Source: Paracoccus suum
Lineage (GTDB): Bacteria > Pseudomonadota > Alphaproteobacteria > Rhodobacterales > Rhodobacteraceae
NCBI RefSeq assembly: GCF_003324675.1
Contig: NZ_CP030918.1
Coordinates: 1,590,001-1,622,000, forward strand
Direction: 5' to 3'
DNA: 32,000 nt
Shown here: positions 19,186 through 27,035 of the stretch, in pieces
Position numbering within the stretch: the first letter of the stretch is position 1
Layout of the letters: every line of letters begins with the position of its first letter
The notes under the pieces: generated by a model
The model's input: only the letters and a program-made list of their open reading frames with translations
Told to the model about the DNA's origin: nothing
Database searches by the model: none
Position numbers and translations under genes: made by a program

Positions 19186-20117
19186 CCAAGCGCGATTGCG
19201 TCATCGTCGGGGGCGGCCCTGCCGGGCTTACGGCCGCGATCTATCTTGCCCGGTTCTGCCGTAGCCTGACGGTGATCGATGCCGACGAAGGGCGGCTGGC
19301 GATGATCCCGCTGTCGCATAACCACCCCGGCTTTCCCAAGGGCATCGCCGGCTGTGATTTGCTGGACCGTATGCGCGCACAGGCGCGCGAATACGGAGCC
19401 GAGGTGACCTCGGGTCGCGTCACGGCCCTCGCCGGGAAGGTGGACGGTTTTACCGTAACGACGGAGGACGGAACGGTCCTGACCGCCCGGACCGTCCTGC
19501 TGGCGACCGGCGTCGTCAATCGTCGCCCGCCGCTGGCCGATGACGTCCATGCCGACGCGGTCGCACGGGGCCTACTGCGTTATTGCCCGATCTGCGACGG
19601 GTTCGAGCAGCAGGACAAGCGGATTGGCGTCCTGGGCGCGGATTCGCATGGTATGGCCGAGGCGCTGTTCTTGCGGGGCTATTCCAAACACCTCACCATG
19701 CTCACGCTGATCGAGACCGATCTGGATGCGGGCGAACGCGCCCAGTTGAAGGGCGCCGGGATCACGCTGGAGGAACGTCCGCTTGCCGGTCTGACCTTTG
19801 CCCCGCCGGGCGAGGACGAGAGCGGCGGCGTGCGCGTCAGCCTGCAGGACGGCGGGCAGCTTACCCTCGACACCCTCTATCCTGCACTGGGTTCAGAGAC
19901 GCGCAACACCCTCGGGCTGATGCTGGGGACGGAGGTCGCAGAGGGCGCGTGCTTTGTCACCGACGACAGCCAGCGCACCAGCGTCGCGGGCATCTATGCT
20001 GCGGGCGATGCCATCGAGGGGCTGGACCAGATCAGTGTCGCTACCGGCACCGGGGCCAAGGCCGCGGTCGCGATCCACAACGACCTGCGCGAGCGTGACG
20101 GCCAGACGGCGGACTGA
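19182..20117 (+). CDS. NAD(P)/FAD-dependent oxidoreductase, thioredoxin-reductase-like
   Basis: 'CVIVGGGPAGLTAAIYLAR' (FAD GxGxxG), 'YCPICDG' at the position of the TrxB redox-active CxxC, and C-terminal 'GIYAAGDA'. The second dinucleotide motif is degenerate ('GVLGADSHG'). ATGA overlap with corC. Confidence 0.85.
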   Translation: MTKRDCVIVGGGPAGLTAAIYLARFCRSLTVIDADEGRLAMIPLSHNHPGFPKGIAGCDLLDRMRAQAREYGAEVTSGRVTALAGKVDGFTVTTEDGTVLTARTVLLATGVVNRRPPLADDVHADAVARGLLRYCPICDGFEQQDKRIGVLGADSHGMAEALFLRGYSKHLTMLTLIETDLDAGERAQLKGAGITLEERPLAGLTFAPPGEDESGGVRVSLQDGGQLTLDTLYPALGSETRNTLGLMLGTEVAEGACFVTDDSQRTSVAGIYAAGDAIEGLDQISVATGTGAKAAVAIHNDLRERDGQTAD

Positions 20118-20122
20118 GGCCT

Positions 20123-20899
20123 TCAGGTATTGAAGCGACGACCGTTGTCGCCGATCAGCGGGCGCACGGTTTCCTCGACCTCATCCGACAGGAACAGATA
20201 GCCGCGGCTATGTTCGCCCACGCGGAACAGGCGCGGCAGGTCGAGGATGTCCAGCCGGGCGTTCGTAAAAGTGCAGATCCCGTCGAGGCGCAGTTCGGCC
20301 AGCAGACGGTTTACATGGACCGGGGTCACGCCGCAGATCTCGGCCAGGTCCGCCTGCGAGGTCGGCAGGGCAAAGCCCTCGGGCTGGGCGAGGCCACGGG
20401 CGAAAAGGCGCAGGAACATCTCGCAGAAGAAATTGGCGAGGCGCGCCTTGCCCGCCAGCCGGCCGACCCGAAAGATCCAGTAGCGGTGGATCGCGCTGTC
20501 GATCATCGTGATGCGCCACAGCTTGCGATATAGATCGGGAAATTCATGCCCGACCATCTGCAGCCGATCATGGCGCGTCAGCCGAGAGATGCTCAGGCCG
20601 AGCGAATCGACGTCATAGTCGAGCTTCTTGAGCAGATAGGCCGGCAGGTCGACGTAATCGCCGGGCACCTGCAGTGCGACGAATTGTCGCCGCCCAAGTC
20701 TGTCGCAGGAAAAACGGCCCATGAAGCCGTCGCACAGGTACAGGCTGACATCCAGCTCGACCCCGGCCCGGATCACACGCGTTCTGGGCCGGTTGCTTTC
20801 CGGCGGCTCCATCAGCTCGCGCATGAGCCGCGCTTCTTCGACGTTGAAAAGGTCCGGATACGCGCGATCGAGGGTCATGTCGCTGCTGGCGAGGGGCAT
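20123..20899 (-). CDS. Crp/Fnr-family transcriptional regulator
   Basis: C-terminal HTH 'TSQADLAEICGVTPVHVNRLLAELRLDG' is preceded by a cNMP-binding-like beta-barrel and a dimerisation helix ('ARLANFFCEMFLRL'). Start chosen at ATG 20899 because third-position GC drops upstream. ATG 20878, ATG 20956 and GTG 20962 are alternatives. Confidence 0.8.
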   Translation of the reverse strand: MPLASSDMTLDRAYPDLFNVEEARLMRELMEPPESNRPRTRVIRAGVELDVSLYLCDGFMGRFSCDRLGRRQFVALQVPGDYVDLPAYLLKKLDYDVDSLGLSISRLTRHDRLQMVGHEFPDLYRKLWRITMIDSAIHRYWIFRVGRLAGKARLANFFCEMFLRLFARGLAQPEGFALPTSQADLAEICGVTPVHVNRLLAELRLDGICTFTNARLDILDLPRLFRVGEHSRGYLFLSDEVEETVRPLIGDNGRRFNT

Positions 20900-21188
20900 T
20901 TCACGGTCTCTCAGGGCGGCACTTGGCAGGCAGGCGACTGCTTCGCATCGGGCCATTTTCACGATCGGTGCGCGCCTGTCCAGAGCCCCGCAGCCTCAGC
21001 ATTTCGTCGCAATAGGCGAGGGAGCGTTGACGATCCCTGCGCTCAAGGCGGCGGAAGGGCCGGACAAGCCATCGCCGTAGAGCCCGTCTCAGTCACGCGA
21101 AACGCCGCGCCCCAAGCGGGAACGCGGCGACGGATCGCGACAGTGGCCAGGGGCAGGCCGATATTCGGCCCGCCGTTTCTGGCCGTGT

Positions 21189-21356
21189 TTACTTGATCTT
21201 GCCTTCCTTGAACTCGACATGCTGGCGCACGACGGGGTCGTATTTGCGCACGGTCATCTTGTCGGTCATGGTGCGTGCGTTCTTCTTGGTGACGTAGAAG
21301 AAACCCGTGCCCGCCGTCGAGTTCAGGCGGATCTTGACGGTGGTCGGTTTCGCCAT
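21189..21356 (-). CDS. rpmG: 50S ribosomal protein L33
   Basis: '[55 protein letters not shown]' (55 aa) aligns nearly residue-for-residue with E. coli L33. AGGAG SD lies 8 nt upstream. Confidence 0.95.
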   Translation of the reverse strand: MAKPTTVKIRLNSTAGTGFFYVTKKNARTMTDKMTVRKYDPVVRQHVEFKEGKIK

Positions 21357-21420
21357 CGCTCTTGCTCCTGGTACGGGCATATGGCGCGATGCCGCGCAGC
21401 CCTGAAATTGCTGAAGGCGC

Positions 21421-21448
21421 TTTCTAGCCGCTGCGGCTGCACTGTCAA
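21421..21448 (-). promoter_or_regulatory. candidate sigma-70-type promoter for rpmG
   Basis: On the - strand: TTGACA (21448-21443), a 16-nt spacer, then TAGAAA (21426-21421). This is about 60 nt upstream of the rpmG ATG and just downstream of the rnpB 3' end. Confidence 0.3.
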
Positions 21449-21485
21449 CCGGCAAAGCGGCCGCTCTGGCGCCGACGAGGGGCAT

Positions 21486-21888
21486 TTTGCGCGGATGGCC
21501 TGTAAGCCGGGTTCTGTCCGGGGGCATCGCTGCCCCTTGGATGACCATTCATCTGGACGCATCGTTGCCGATGCGCCTCGAGCTGCCAACCCGGGGTCCT
21601 CGGGTCAGGCCACCCTGCCGTCGTTGCCGCCGGCGCGGACCCCCTATTTAGCATTGCTCCCGGTGGGGCTTGCCGTGCCGGTCCGGTTGCCCGTCCCGCG
21701 GTGGGCTCTTACCCCACCGTTTCACCCTTGCCGGCGGCCGGTTCCGCAAGCGCGGGACCGCAGGCGGTCTGTTCTCTGTGGCGCTTTCCCTGGGGTTGCC
21801 CCCGCCGGGGGTTACCCGGCACCGTTGCCTTGTGGAGCCCGGACTTTCCTCGGGCGTTGCCGCCCGCGGTCATCCAGCCATCCGCGCG
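21486..21888 (-). ncRNA. rnpB: RNase P RNA, bacterial type A
   Basis: The reverse complement contains the universally conserved blocks in the same order as E. coli M1 RNA:
- AGGAAAGTCCGGGCTCCACA (21850-21831)
- GGTGCCGGGTAAC
- CACAGAGAACAGACCGCC
- GGTGAAACGGTGGGGTAAGAGCCCACCGCG
- GGCACGGCAAGCCCCACCGGGAGCAATGCTAAATAGGGG
- CCAGATGAATGGTCATCC
- ACAGAACCCGGCTTACAGGCCATCCGCGC
The 5' GCGCGGATGGC pairs with the 3' GCCATCCGCGC to form P1. Ends are good to about +/-5 nt. Confidence 0.92.
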
Positions 21889-21893
21889 AAGCG

Positions 21894-21922
21894 GATATGG
21901 ACTGTGGGCGGCAGGCGGTCAA
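21894..21922 (-). promoter_or_regulatory. candidate promoter for rnpB
   Basis: On the - strand: TTGACC (21922-21917), a 17-nt spacer, then CATATC (21899-21894). The -10 element ends about 7 nt before the first nucleotide of the P1 helix. Confidence 0.35.
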
Positions 21923-22011
21923 GCGGAGCGACCTCCCCCTTGGGACGGCGCGCCGGCTCGTGGAACATGGCCTCCGCGACGGTGGTTGAACTGAAAACGG
22001 AGGAAAACCGC

Positions 22012-22845
22012 ATGAAATATCTGTTGCCACTCCTGGCACTCTGCGCCGCGCCAGCCGCCGCCGCAGAGGTCGCTTGCTCGATCACCGCGGGCGACCAGAC
22101 TATAGAGGGGCCGTGCGCTTTCGCCGCCAAGAAGGACGGCAGCTTTACGGCGGCGTTGAAAGGCGGGACCTCGGTCGGTGGCGCGAACCAGGTCATGCTC
22201 GATCTGTCCGGGGCGAGGCCGCATCTGAGCGCATCGGGAGCGGATGGAGCAAAACTTGACTGGGGCGATGCGCGGCGCGATCCGGTGGACAAGGCTTGTT
22301 GGGTGAGCCTCTCGGCGCGGGTGTGCGCGCGCGAGGTTGCCGCAGTCGCAGGCACGACCGCCGGGGGTCCCGCCCCAACCGCCTCTGCGGGCGATCGCCC
22401 ACTGAACGTCGATTTCACCGGCCGCTGTCATATGGACGCCTGCACCTGGTATCGCCAAAGCCAGCCATGGCAGGTGGGCGAGGGCAGCGCAGCGGTGCCG
22501 GGCAGGGTCATGGCGGTCATGCAGACCACCGCCCAAACCGGCCATCCCACGGGGGATTATCCCGATTCGGCGCCCGCGGACGCGAAATGGCGCCCACCGG
22601 TTGAGGCGCGGTACTTCTGTTCGATGAAGCGCCCGGCTTTCCAGTCCGAGGTTGGCTCGTGGACGGTCCTGCCGCTGCCGCAGGTATTCGGCGCGACTGA
22701 AACGATAACGGCAGCCTATCTGCACGTCTGCCACCCCGATGTCGCTGGCGGCGACCCCTACGACCTGCCGGGGACGCTGGGATACACGGCTGGCGGGGAC
22801 GTGATGGGGGTCACCTATCCTGATCTCGACGCGCTGCTGCGCTGA
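22012..22845 (+). CDS. secreted hypothetical protein with 8 cysteines in the mature part
   Basis: ATG 22012 has GGAGG 8 nt upstream. Signal peptide 'MKYLLPLLALCAAPAAAAE'. Two Cys-containing halves are joined by an Ala/Gly/Thr/Pro linker. No family recognised. The upstream part of the 391-aa track ORF runs across rnpB and is not coding. Confidence 0.7.
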   Translation: MKYLLPLLALCAAPAAAAEVACSITAGDQTIEGPCAFAAKKDGSFTAALKGGTSVGGANQVMLDLSGARPHLSASGADGAKLDWGDARRDPVDKACWVSLSARVCAREVAAVAGTTAGGPAPTASAGDRPLNVDFTGRCHMDACTWYRQSQPWQVGEGSAAVPGRVMAVMQTTAQTGHPTGDYPDSAPADAKWRPPVEARYFCSMKRPAFQSEVGSWTVLPLPQVFGATETITAAYLHVCHPDVAGGDPYDLPGTLGYTAGGDVMGVTYPDLDALLR

Positions 22846-22849
22846 GGCT

Positions 22850-23524
22850 CTAAAGGCCTGAAAGGATCGCTGCGGCCAGGGCGCGGTCCGCCGCCGCCTC
22901 CTCACCACGTCCCCAAGGCCGGTGGCGGAGGCGAAAGGCAGTCAGCCGCGCCGCCGCTTCCGTGGGGGGATAGCCGAGAGCGTCCAGCGTCTCCGGCAGC
23001 GGCGGCCCGTCCGCTGCGACGGCGCCATGCTGCCCCGCCGCCAGCCCCTGCCGCGCCAGCCGCTCCCAGTCAAAGCGCGGGCCGGGATCGTCCTTGCGCT
23101 CTGGCGCCATGTCGGAATGGGCGATCACCGCCGCCGGCGGCAGATCCCAACGCGTCAGGATTCCGCGCAACAGCCCCTCCAGTGCAGCCATTTGCGGCTC
23201 CGGGAAGGGGCGGTCCATGGGGTTGGCGAGTTCGATACCGATCGAACGGCTGTTGACATCAGCCTCGCCGCGCCACGCGCCGGCGCCGGCGTGCCAGGCG
23301 CGGCGTTCTTCGGGGACCATGGCCAGCGTGGTCCCGTCTTCGGCAATCAGCCAGTGGGCGCTGACCTCGGCCGCAGGGTCACACAGCCTGTCGCGCGCGG
23401 CTGCGAAGCTGGCCATGTTGGTGGCGTGCAGCACCACCAGCTCCACCCGCCGGCCACGTCGATCGCCATGGTTGGGCGAGGGCCAGTCCACCGCCGGATC
23501 AGCCCCGTGCGGGGCCGCCGTCAC
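22850..23524 (-). CDS. N-acetylmuramoyl-L-alanine amidase (Amidase_2, AmpD/AmiD-like) with a C-terminal peptidoglycan-binding-like tail
   Basis: 'VVLHAT..', 'VSAHWLIAEDG', 'RAWHAGAGAWRG', 'NSRSIGIELAN' and 'VIAHSDMAPERKDDPGPRFDW' are the AmpD-family pattern. The GTG start at 23524 overlaps the upstream stop (GTGA). ATG 23560 is an alternative. Confidence 0.85.
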   Translation of the reverse strand: MTAAPHGADPAVDWPSPNHGDRRGRRVELVVLHATNMASFAAARDRLCDPAAEVSAHWLIAEDGTTLAMVPEERRAWHAGAGAWRGEADVNSRSIGIELANPMDRPFPEPQMAALEGLLRGILTRWDLPPAAVIAHSDMAPERKDDPGPRFDWERLARQGLAAGQHGAVAADGPPLPETLDALGYPPTEAAARLTAFRLRHRPWGRGEEAAADRALAAAILSGL

Positions 23525-24120
23525 AGGCCGGCGCTGCGCCGCCACGGCCGGGGGTCCCAACCACAGACAAAGCCGTCGCCGTCGGGGTCCATAAGCGCCG
23601 GATCAGCCTCGGGGCCGCCTTTGGCAAGAAAGGCGATCTGCGCCGCGTCGGGCGTCGCGTAGCTGCGGCAGATGCGGGCGGCGGCGGCCGGATCGGCGGC
23701 ACTGCGGCGCCAGACGGTCTTGCCCGGCTGATGCACCGTGGCCGAGGCATAGCGCGACAGCACTGCCGCGCCATCTGCCGGCGCCGCGACGACGGTGGTG
23801 GTCCGAACCGTTCCCCCCGGCTGGATCACGGTCTGGCCGGTCACGGCGCGGGCTTCGCCGCTGATGATCTGCCACAGGTTGGGGCCGGCGATCTCCTGCG
23901 CGGTCGGGGCCTTGAACGGGCGCGCGATCGGCACGGTCTTGGGCGCGGCGCGCTGACCGATCAGCGCCTTTTCGCGCTGCACCTTGTACTGGGCATAGGG
24001 CGTGGTCTCGTCAAAGACGGTGCCGTAGGGCCGGTCCGCCACAACATAGTTGGGATTCCAGCCGTTGTTCTCGCCGCAGGCGGCAAGCGCCAGAACCATC
24101 AGACAGATCGCCTTGCGCAT
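23521..24120 (-). CDS. hypothetical lipoprotein with a C-terminal Excalibur-like DxDxDG motif
   Basis: 'MRKAICLMVLALAACG' is a signal peptide with a lipobox. The C-terminus 'MDPDGDGFVCGWDP' resembles the Excalibur calcium-binding motif. The start may instead be one of two ATGs up to 24 nt upstream. Confidence 0.7.
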   Translation of the reverse strand: MRKAICLMVLALAACGENNGWNPNYVVADRPYGTVFDETTPYAQYKVQREKALIGQRAAPKTVPIARPFKAPTAQEIAGPNLWQIISGEARAVTGQTVIQPGGTVRTTTVVAAPADGAAVLSRYASATVHQPGKTVWRRSAADPAAAARICRSYATPDAAQIAFLAKGGPEADPALMDPDGDGFVCGWDPRPWRRSAGL

Positions 24121-24145
24121 CGCCGTCCCCATCGTTTTCACCAAC

Positions 24146-25624
24146 CTACCACCAGCGATCCGGCTTGGCCACGAAACCTGCCGCCTGTTCGACGACCATT
24201 GCGGTATTCAGCAGCGCGCCTTCCTGGAACGGGCGGCCGATCAGCTGCAGGCCCAGCGGCAGCCCATTGGCATCGAGGCCCGCCGGCACACTGATCCCCG
24301 GCAGACCGGCCAGGTTCACCGTCACGGTAAACACGTCGTTCAGATACATCGCAACCGGATCCGCATCGGCCATCGTGCCGAGGCCGAACGCGGCCGAGGG
24401 CGTTGCCGGCGTCAGGATCGCGTCGATCCCGTCGGCAAACGCCAAGTCGAAATCGCGCTTGATCAGGGCGCGGACCCGCCGGGCGCGGTTGTAATAGGCG
24501 TCGTAAAACCCCGCCGACAGCACATAGGTGCCGATCATGATGCGACGCTGCACCTCGGGGCCAAAGCCCTCTGCGCGGGTCTTTTCATACATCTCGGTCA
24601 CGCCATCACCCGCATCCAGCGCGGCGCGGCGGCCATAACGCACCCCGTCATAGCGCGCGAGGTTCGAGGACGCCTCGGCCGGGGCGATGACGTAATAGGC
24701 GGGCAGGGCGTATTTCGTGTGCGGCAGGCTGATGTCGACGATCTCGGCCCCGGCGTCGCGAAGCATCGCGGCGCCGTCATGCCACAGCGCGTCGATGGCC
24801 TCGGGCATGCCCTCCATGCGGTATTCGCGGGGGATGCCGATGCGCTTGCCCCGGATGTCGCCGGTCAGCGCCGCCTCGAAATCCGGGACAGGGACATCGA
24901 CCGACGTGCTGTCCATCGCATCGACCGAGGCCATGGCGCCCAGCATGATCGCCGCATCGCGCACGGTCTTGGTCATCGGTCCGGCCTGGTCGAGGCTGGA
25001 GGCAAAGGCGATCACGCCCCAGCGGCTGACGCGGCCATAGGTCGGCTTGAGGCCCACGATGCCGGTAAAGGCCGCCGGCTGGCGGATCGAGCCGCCGGTG
25101 TCGGTTCCGGTCGCGCCAAGGCACAGGTCCGCCGCCACCGCCGCGGCGCTGCCGCCGCTGCTGCCGCCAGCGGTCAGGTCGGCATTCACGCGCCAGGGGT
25201 TCACGACCGGGCCGTAGACGCTGGTCTCGTTGCTGCTGCCCATGGCGAATTCGTCCATGTTCAGCTTGCCCAGCATCACCGCGCCGGCGTCCCACAGGTT
25301 GCGGGTGACGGTCGATTCATATTGCGGGCGAAATCCTTCGAGGATGCGGCTTGCGGCCTGGGCCGGCACCCCCTCGGTGCAGAACAGGTCCTTGATGCCG
25401 ACCGGGATGCCGCACATGGCGGGCGCATCGCCCGCGGCCAGCCGGGCGTCGGCCGCGGCGGCCATGCTGCGCGCGGCATCGGGCGTGTTATGGACAAACG
25501 CATTCAGCGCGCCGGCGGCGTCGATGGCGCCGAGGCAGGCCTCGGTCAGCTCGGTCGCGCTCAGCTTGCGGGCGCGCAGGGCGTCGCGCGCGGCGGCGAT
25601 GGTCAGGCTGTTCGGCGCGCTCAT
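24146..25624 (-). CDS. gatA: Asp-tRNA(Asn)/Glu-tRNA(Gln) amidotransferase subunit A
   Basis: Amidase signature '[13 protein letters not shown]' and '[31 protein letters not shown]'. N-terminus '[23 protein letters not shown]'. ATGA overlap with gatC. Confidence 0.95.
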   Translation of the reverse strand: MSAPNSLTIAAARDALRARKLSATELTEACLGAIDAAGALNAFVHNTPDAARSMAAAADARLAAGDAPAMCGIPVGIKDLFCTEGVPAQAASRILEGFRPQYESTVTRNLWDAGAVMLGKLNMDEFAMGSSNETSVYGPVVNPWRVNADLTAGGSSGGSAAAVAADLCLGATGTDTGGSIRQPAAFTGIVGLKPTYGRVSRWGVIAFASSLDQAGPMTKTVRDAAIMLGAMASVDAMDSTSVDVPVPDFEAALTGDIRGKRIGIPREYRMEGMPEAIDALWHDGAAMLRDAGAEIVDISLPHTKYALPAYYVIAPAEASSNLARYDGVRYGRRAALDAGDGVTEMYEKTRAEGFGPEVQRRIMIGTYVLSAGFYDAYYNRARRVRALIKRDFDLAFADGIDAILTPATPSAAFGLGTMADADPVAMYLNDVFTVTVNLAGLPGISVPAGLDANGLPLGLQLIGRPFQEGALLNTAMVVEQAAGFVAKPDRWW

Positions 25625-25908
25625 TCGACCACCTTCGGGACGGCAAAAAAGCCCTCGCGGGCGTCGGGTGCATTGGCGAGGATCTTGTCCTGCATCCCGC
25701 CGGCGGTGACCACGTCCTCGCGGCGCTTCAGGCGCATGGGGGTGACGCCTGTCATCGGCTCGACTCCGTCCACGTCGACCTCGTTCAGTTGCTCCATGAA
25801 CTGCAGGATGCCGTTCAGCTGGTCGGCCAGTCGCGGCAGCTCGGCCTCGGGCACGGCGATGCGCGCCAGATGGGCGACCTTGCGGGCTTCGTCGCGGGTG
25901 ATGCTCAT
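25621..25908 (-). CDS. gatC: Asp-tRNA(Asn)/Glu-tRNA(Gln) amidotransferase subunit C
   Basis: 95 aa. '[46 protein letters not shown]..' is the typical GatC sequence. GAAAGGAAG SD precedes ATG 25908. Confidence 0.93.
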   Translation of the reverse strand: MSITRDEARKVAHLARIAVPEAELPRLADQLNGILQFMEQLNEVDVDGVEPMTGVTPMRLKRREDVVTAGGMQDKILANAPDAREGFFAVPKVVE

Positions 25909-26005
25909 GGGCTTCCTTTCGTCTCGCGCGCGGGTGTAGCGCCGTGGCCGCGGCGCATCAAGCGCGGCCCTTGCGCCGGGGCGCCCCGGCTGCAATCCAA
26001 GTCCG

Positions 26006-26386
26006 ATGGATCAGGCCCCGCCACTCCCACTGCGCATCCTGGACGGCATCGTCAGCGACCGCGGCAGCCGCTATGCCGCCGCTGGCGGTCCGGCGACCAG
26101 CCGCGCCGAGGTTGACGCGCTGCTGGCCGAATTGCGGCGCAACAAGCGCTTCGCCAAGGCGACGCACAACAGTTGGGGCGCGATCCTGGACGGGGTGCCG
26201 GTCAAGGGTGATGACGGCGAGGCCGGCGCCGGGGCTATCATCCTGGCCGAATTGCAGGCCGCCGGGCGTCCCGACACGCTGCTGGTGGTGACCCGCTGGT
26301 ATGGCGGCAAGCAACTGGGCGGCGACCGCTTTCGTCACGTCCGCACCGCGGCGCGCGCCTGGCTGGAAGGCGAGGCCGCGAGATAG
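26006..26386 (+). CDS. YigZ/IMPACT-family (UPF0029) N-terminal-domain protein, short form
   Basis: 'DRGSRYAA', 'KATHNSWGAIL', 'DDGEAGAGAIIL' and 'VVTRWYGGKQLGGDRF' parallel the YigZ motifs (SKF.., ATHNCYAY, DDGEP.GTAG, VVTRYFGGIKLG). At 126 aa it lacks the C-terminal domain of full-length YigZ. Confidence 0.75.
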   Translation: MDQAPPLPLRILDGIVSDRGSRYAAAGGPATSRAEVDALLAELRRNKRFAKATHNSWGAILDGVPVKGDDGEAGAGAIILAELQAAGRPDTLLVVTRWYGGKQLGGDRFRHVRTAARAWLEGEAAR

Positions 26387-26403
26387 CGGCCCCGCCCCGC
26401 GGC

Positions 26404-27024
26404 CTAGTTGGTCGGCGGTGTGATGGTGCTGTCGATCTGGTCGTTGACCTTGCTCTGCACATAGGTCTGGAAGTTCTCGCCGGTGTCGTAGCCATGAGCG
26501 AGGACCCATTCCAGCAGGTCCAGCGTCGTTCCCTTTTCGAAGGCGCCGGGCATCATGGCGACAGCGGCGTCACGCACGCCCTTACCTTCGGGTACCTCCT
26601 CGGGCAGGAAGATCATGGTCGGTGTGAACATCACCCCCCATTTGTTGGCCATCTTCTTTTCCGGCAGCGCAGTGCCGTCGAAATCGGTCACCTCCGTGTC
26701 GCCGAACAGGTTCACCTGCACGACAAAGAACTTGTCGGTCAGCAGCTTGGCGATCCTGTCGTCGGTAAAGACCTTCTCGTGCATGCGCGTGCAGTAGATG
26801 CAGCCGCGCTGCTCGACGATCAGCAGCAGGCGCTTGCCCGAGGCGTTTGCCTCGGCCAGGTCGTCGGACAGGTTGCGGAACGTGTCATGCATCCACGTCG
26901 CGTGGTGGAGCCCATCATCGCCCAGCGGCGCGGGCGCCGCGGCCATGGCGGGCAGGCCGAGGCCGGCAGCAGCCACCAAAGCGGCTGCGGCGGTGAGGAA
27001 CAGGCGGCGGGGCAGGTGGCTCAT
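26404..27024 (-). CDS. Tat-exported periplasmic thioredoxin-fold protein (SoxW-like)
   Basis: ATG 27024 (MSHLPRRLFLTAAAAL..AMAAAP) gives a twin-arginine signal. The redox motif 'GCIYC' sits within 'LLLIVEQRGCIYCTRMHE'. It lies 11 nt downstream of ccdA, the same order as soxV-soxW in sulfur oxidisers. Confidence 0.8.
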   Translation of the reverse strand: MSHLPRRLFLTAAAALVAAAGLGLPAMAAAPAPLGDDGLHHATWMHDTFRNLSDDLAEANASGKRLLLIVEQRGCIYCTRMHEKVFTDDRIAKLLTDKFFVVQVNLFGDTEVTDFDGTALPEKKMANKWGVMFTPTMIFLPEEVPEGKGVRDAAVAMMPGAFEKGTTLDLLEWVLAHGYDTGENFQTYVQSKVNDQIDSTITPPTN

Positions 27025-27035
27025 GCTGCGTCCTT

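Noticed and set aside
19599-19605. GGTTCGA T-loop-like heptamer, checked as a possible tRNA.
   Set aside because: It lies inside the well-supported TrxR-like CDS (the codons for ..CDGFEQ..). No flanking acceptor or anticodon stems can be drawn. I found no tRNA-like cloverleaf anywhere in the window.
20900-20962. Longer N-terminus for the Crp/Fnr-family regulator (GTG 20962 or ATG 20956), which would add Cys residues (MARCEAVAC..) reminiscent of an Fnr-type cluster.
   Set aside because: Third-position GC drops to roughly half in these 21 codons, compared with the strong bias downstream. No SD precedes either start. The spacing of the two Cys does not match the Fnr N-terminal motif.
21027-21047. 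TTGAC-N11-TCAAG inverted repeat upstream of the Crp/Fnr-family gene, considered as an FNR/CRP box.
   Set aside because: The spacing is wrong for FNR (TTGAT-N4-ATCAA) and for CRP (TGTGA-N6-TCACA). The half-sites are only 5 nt long.
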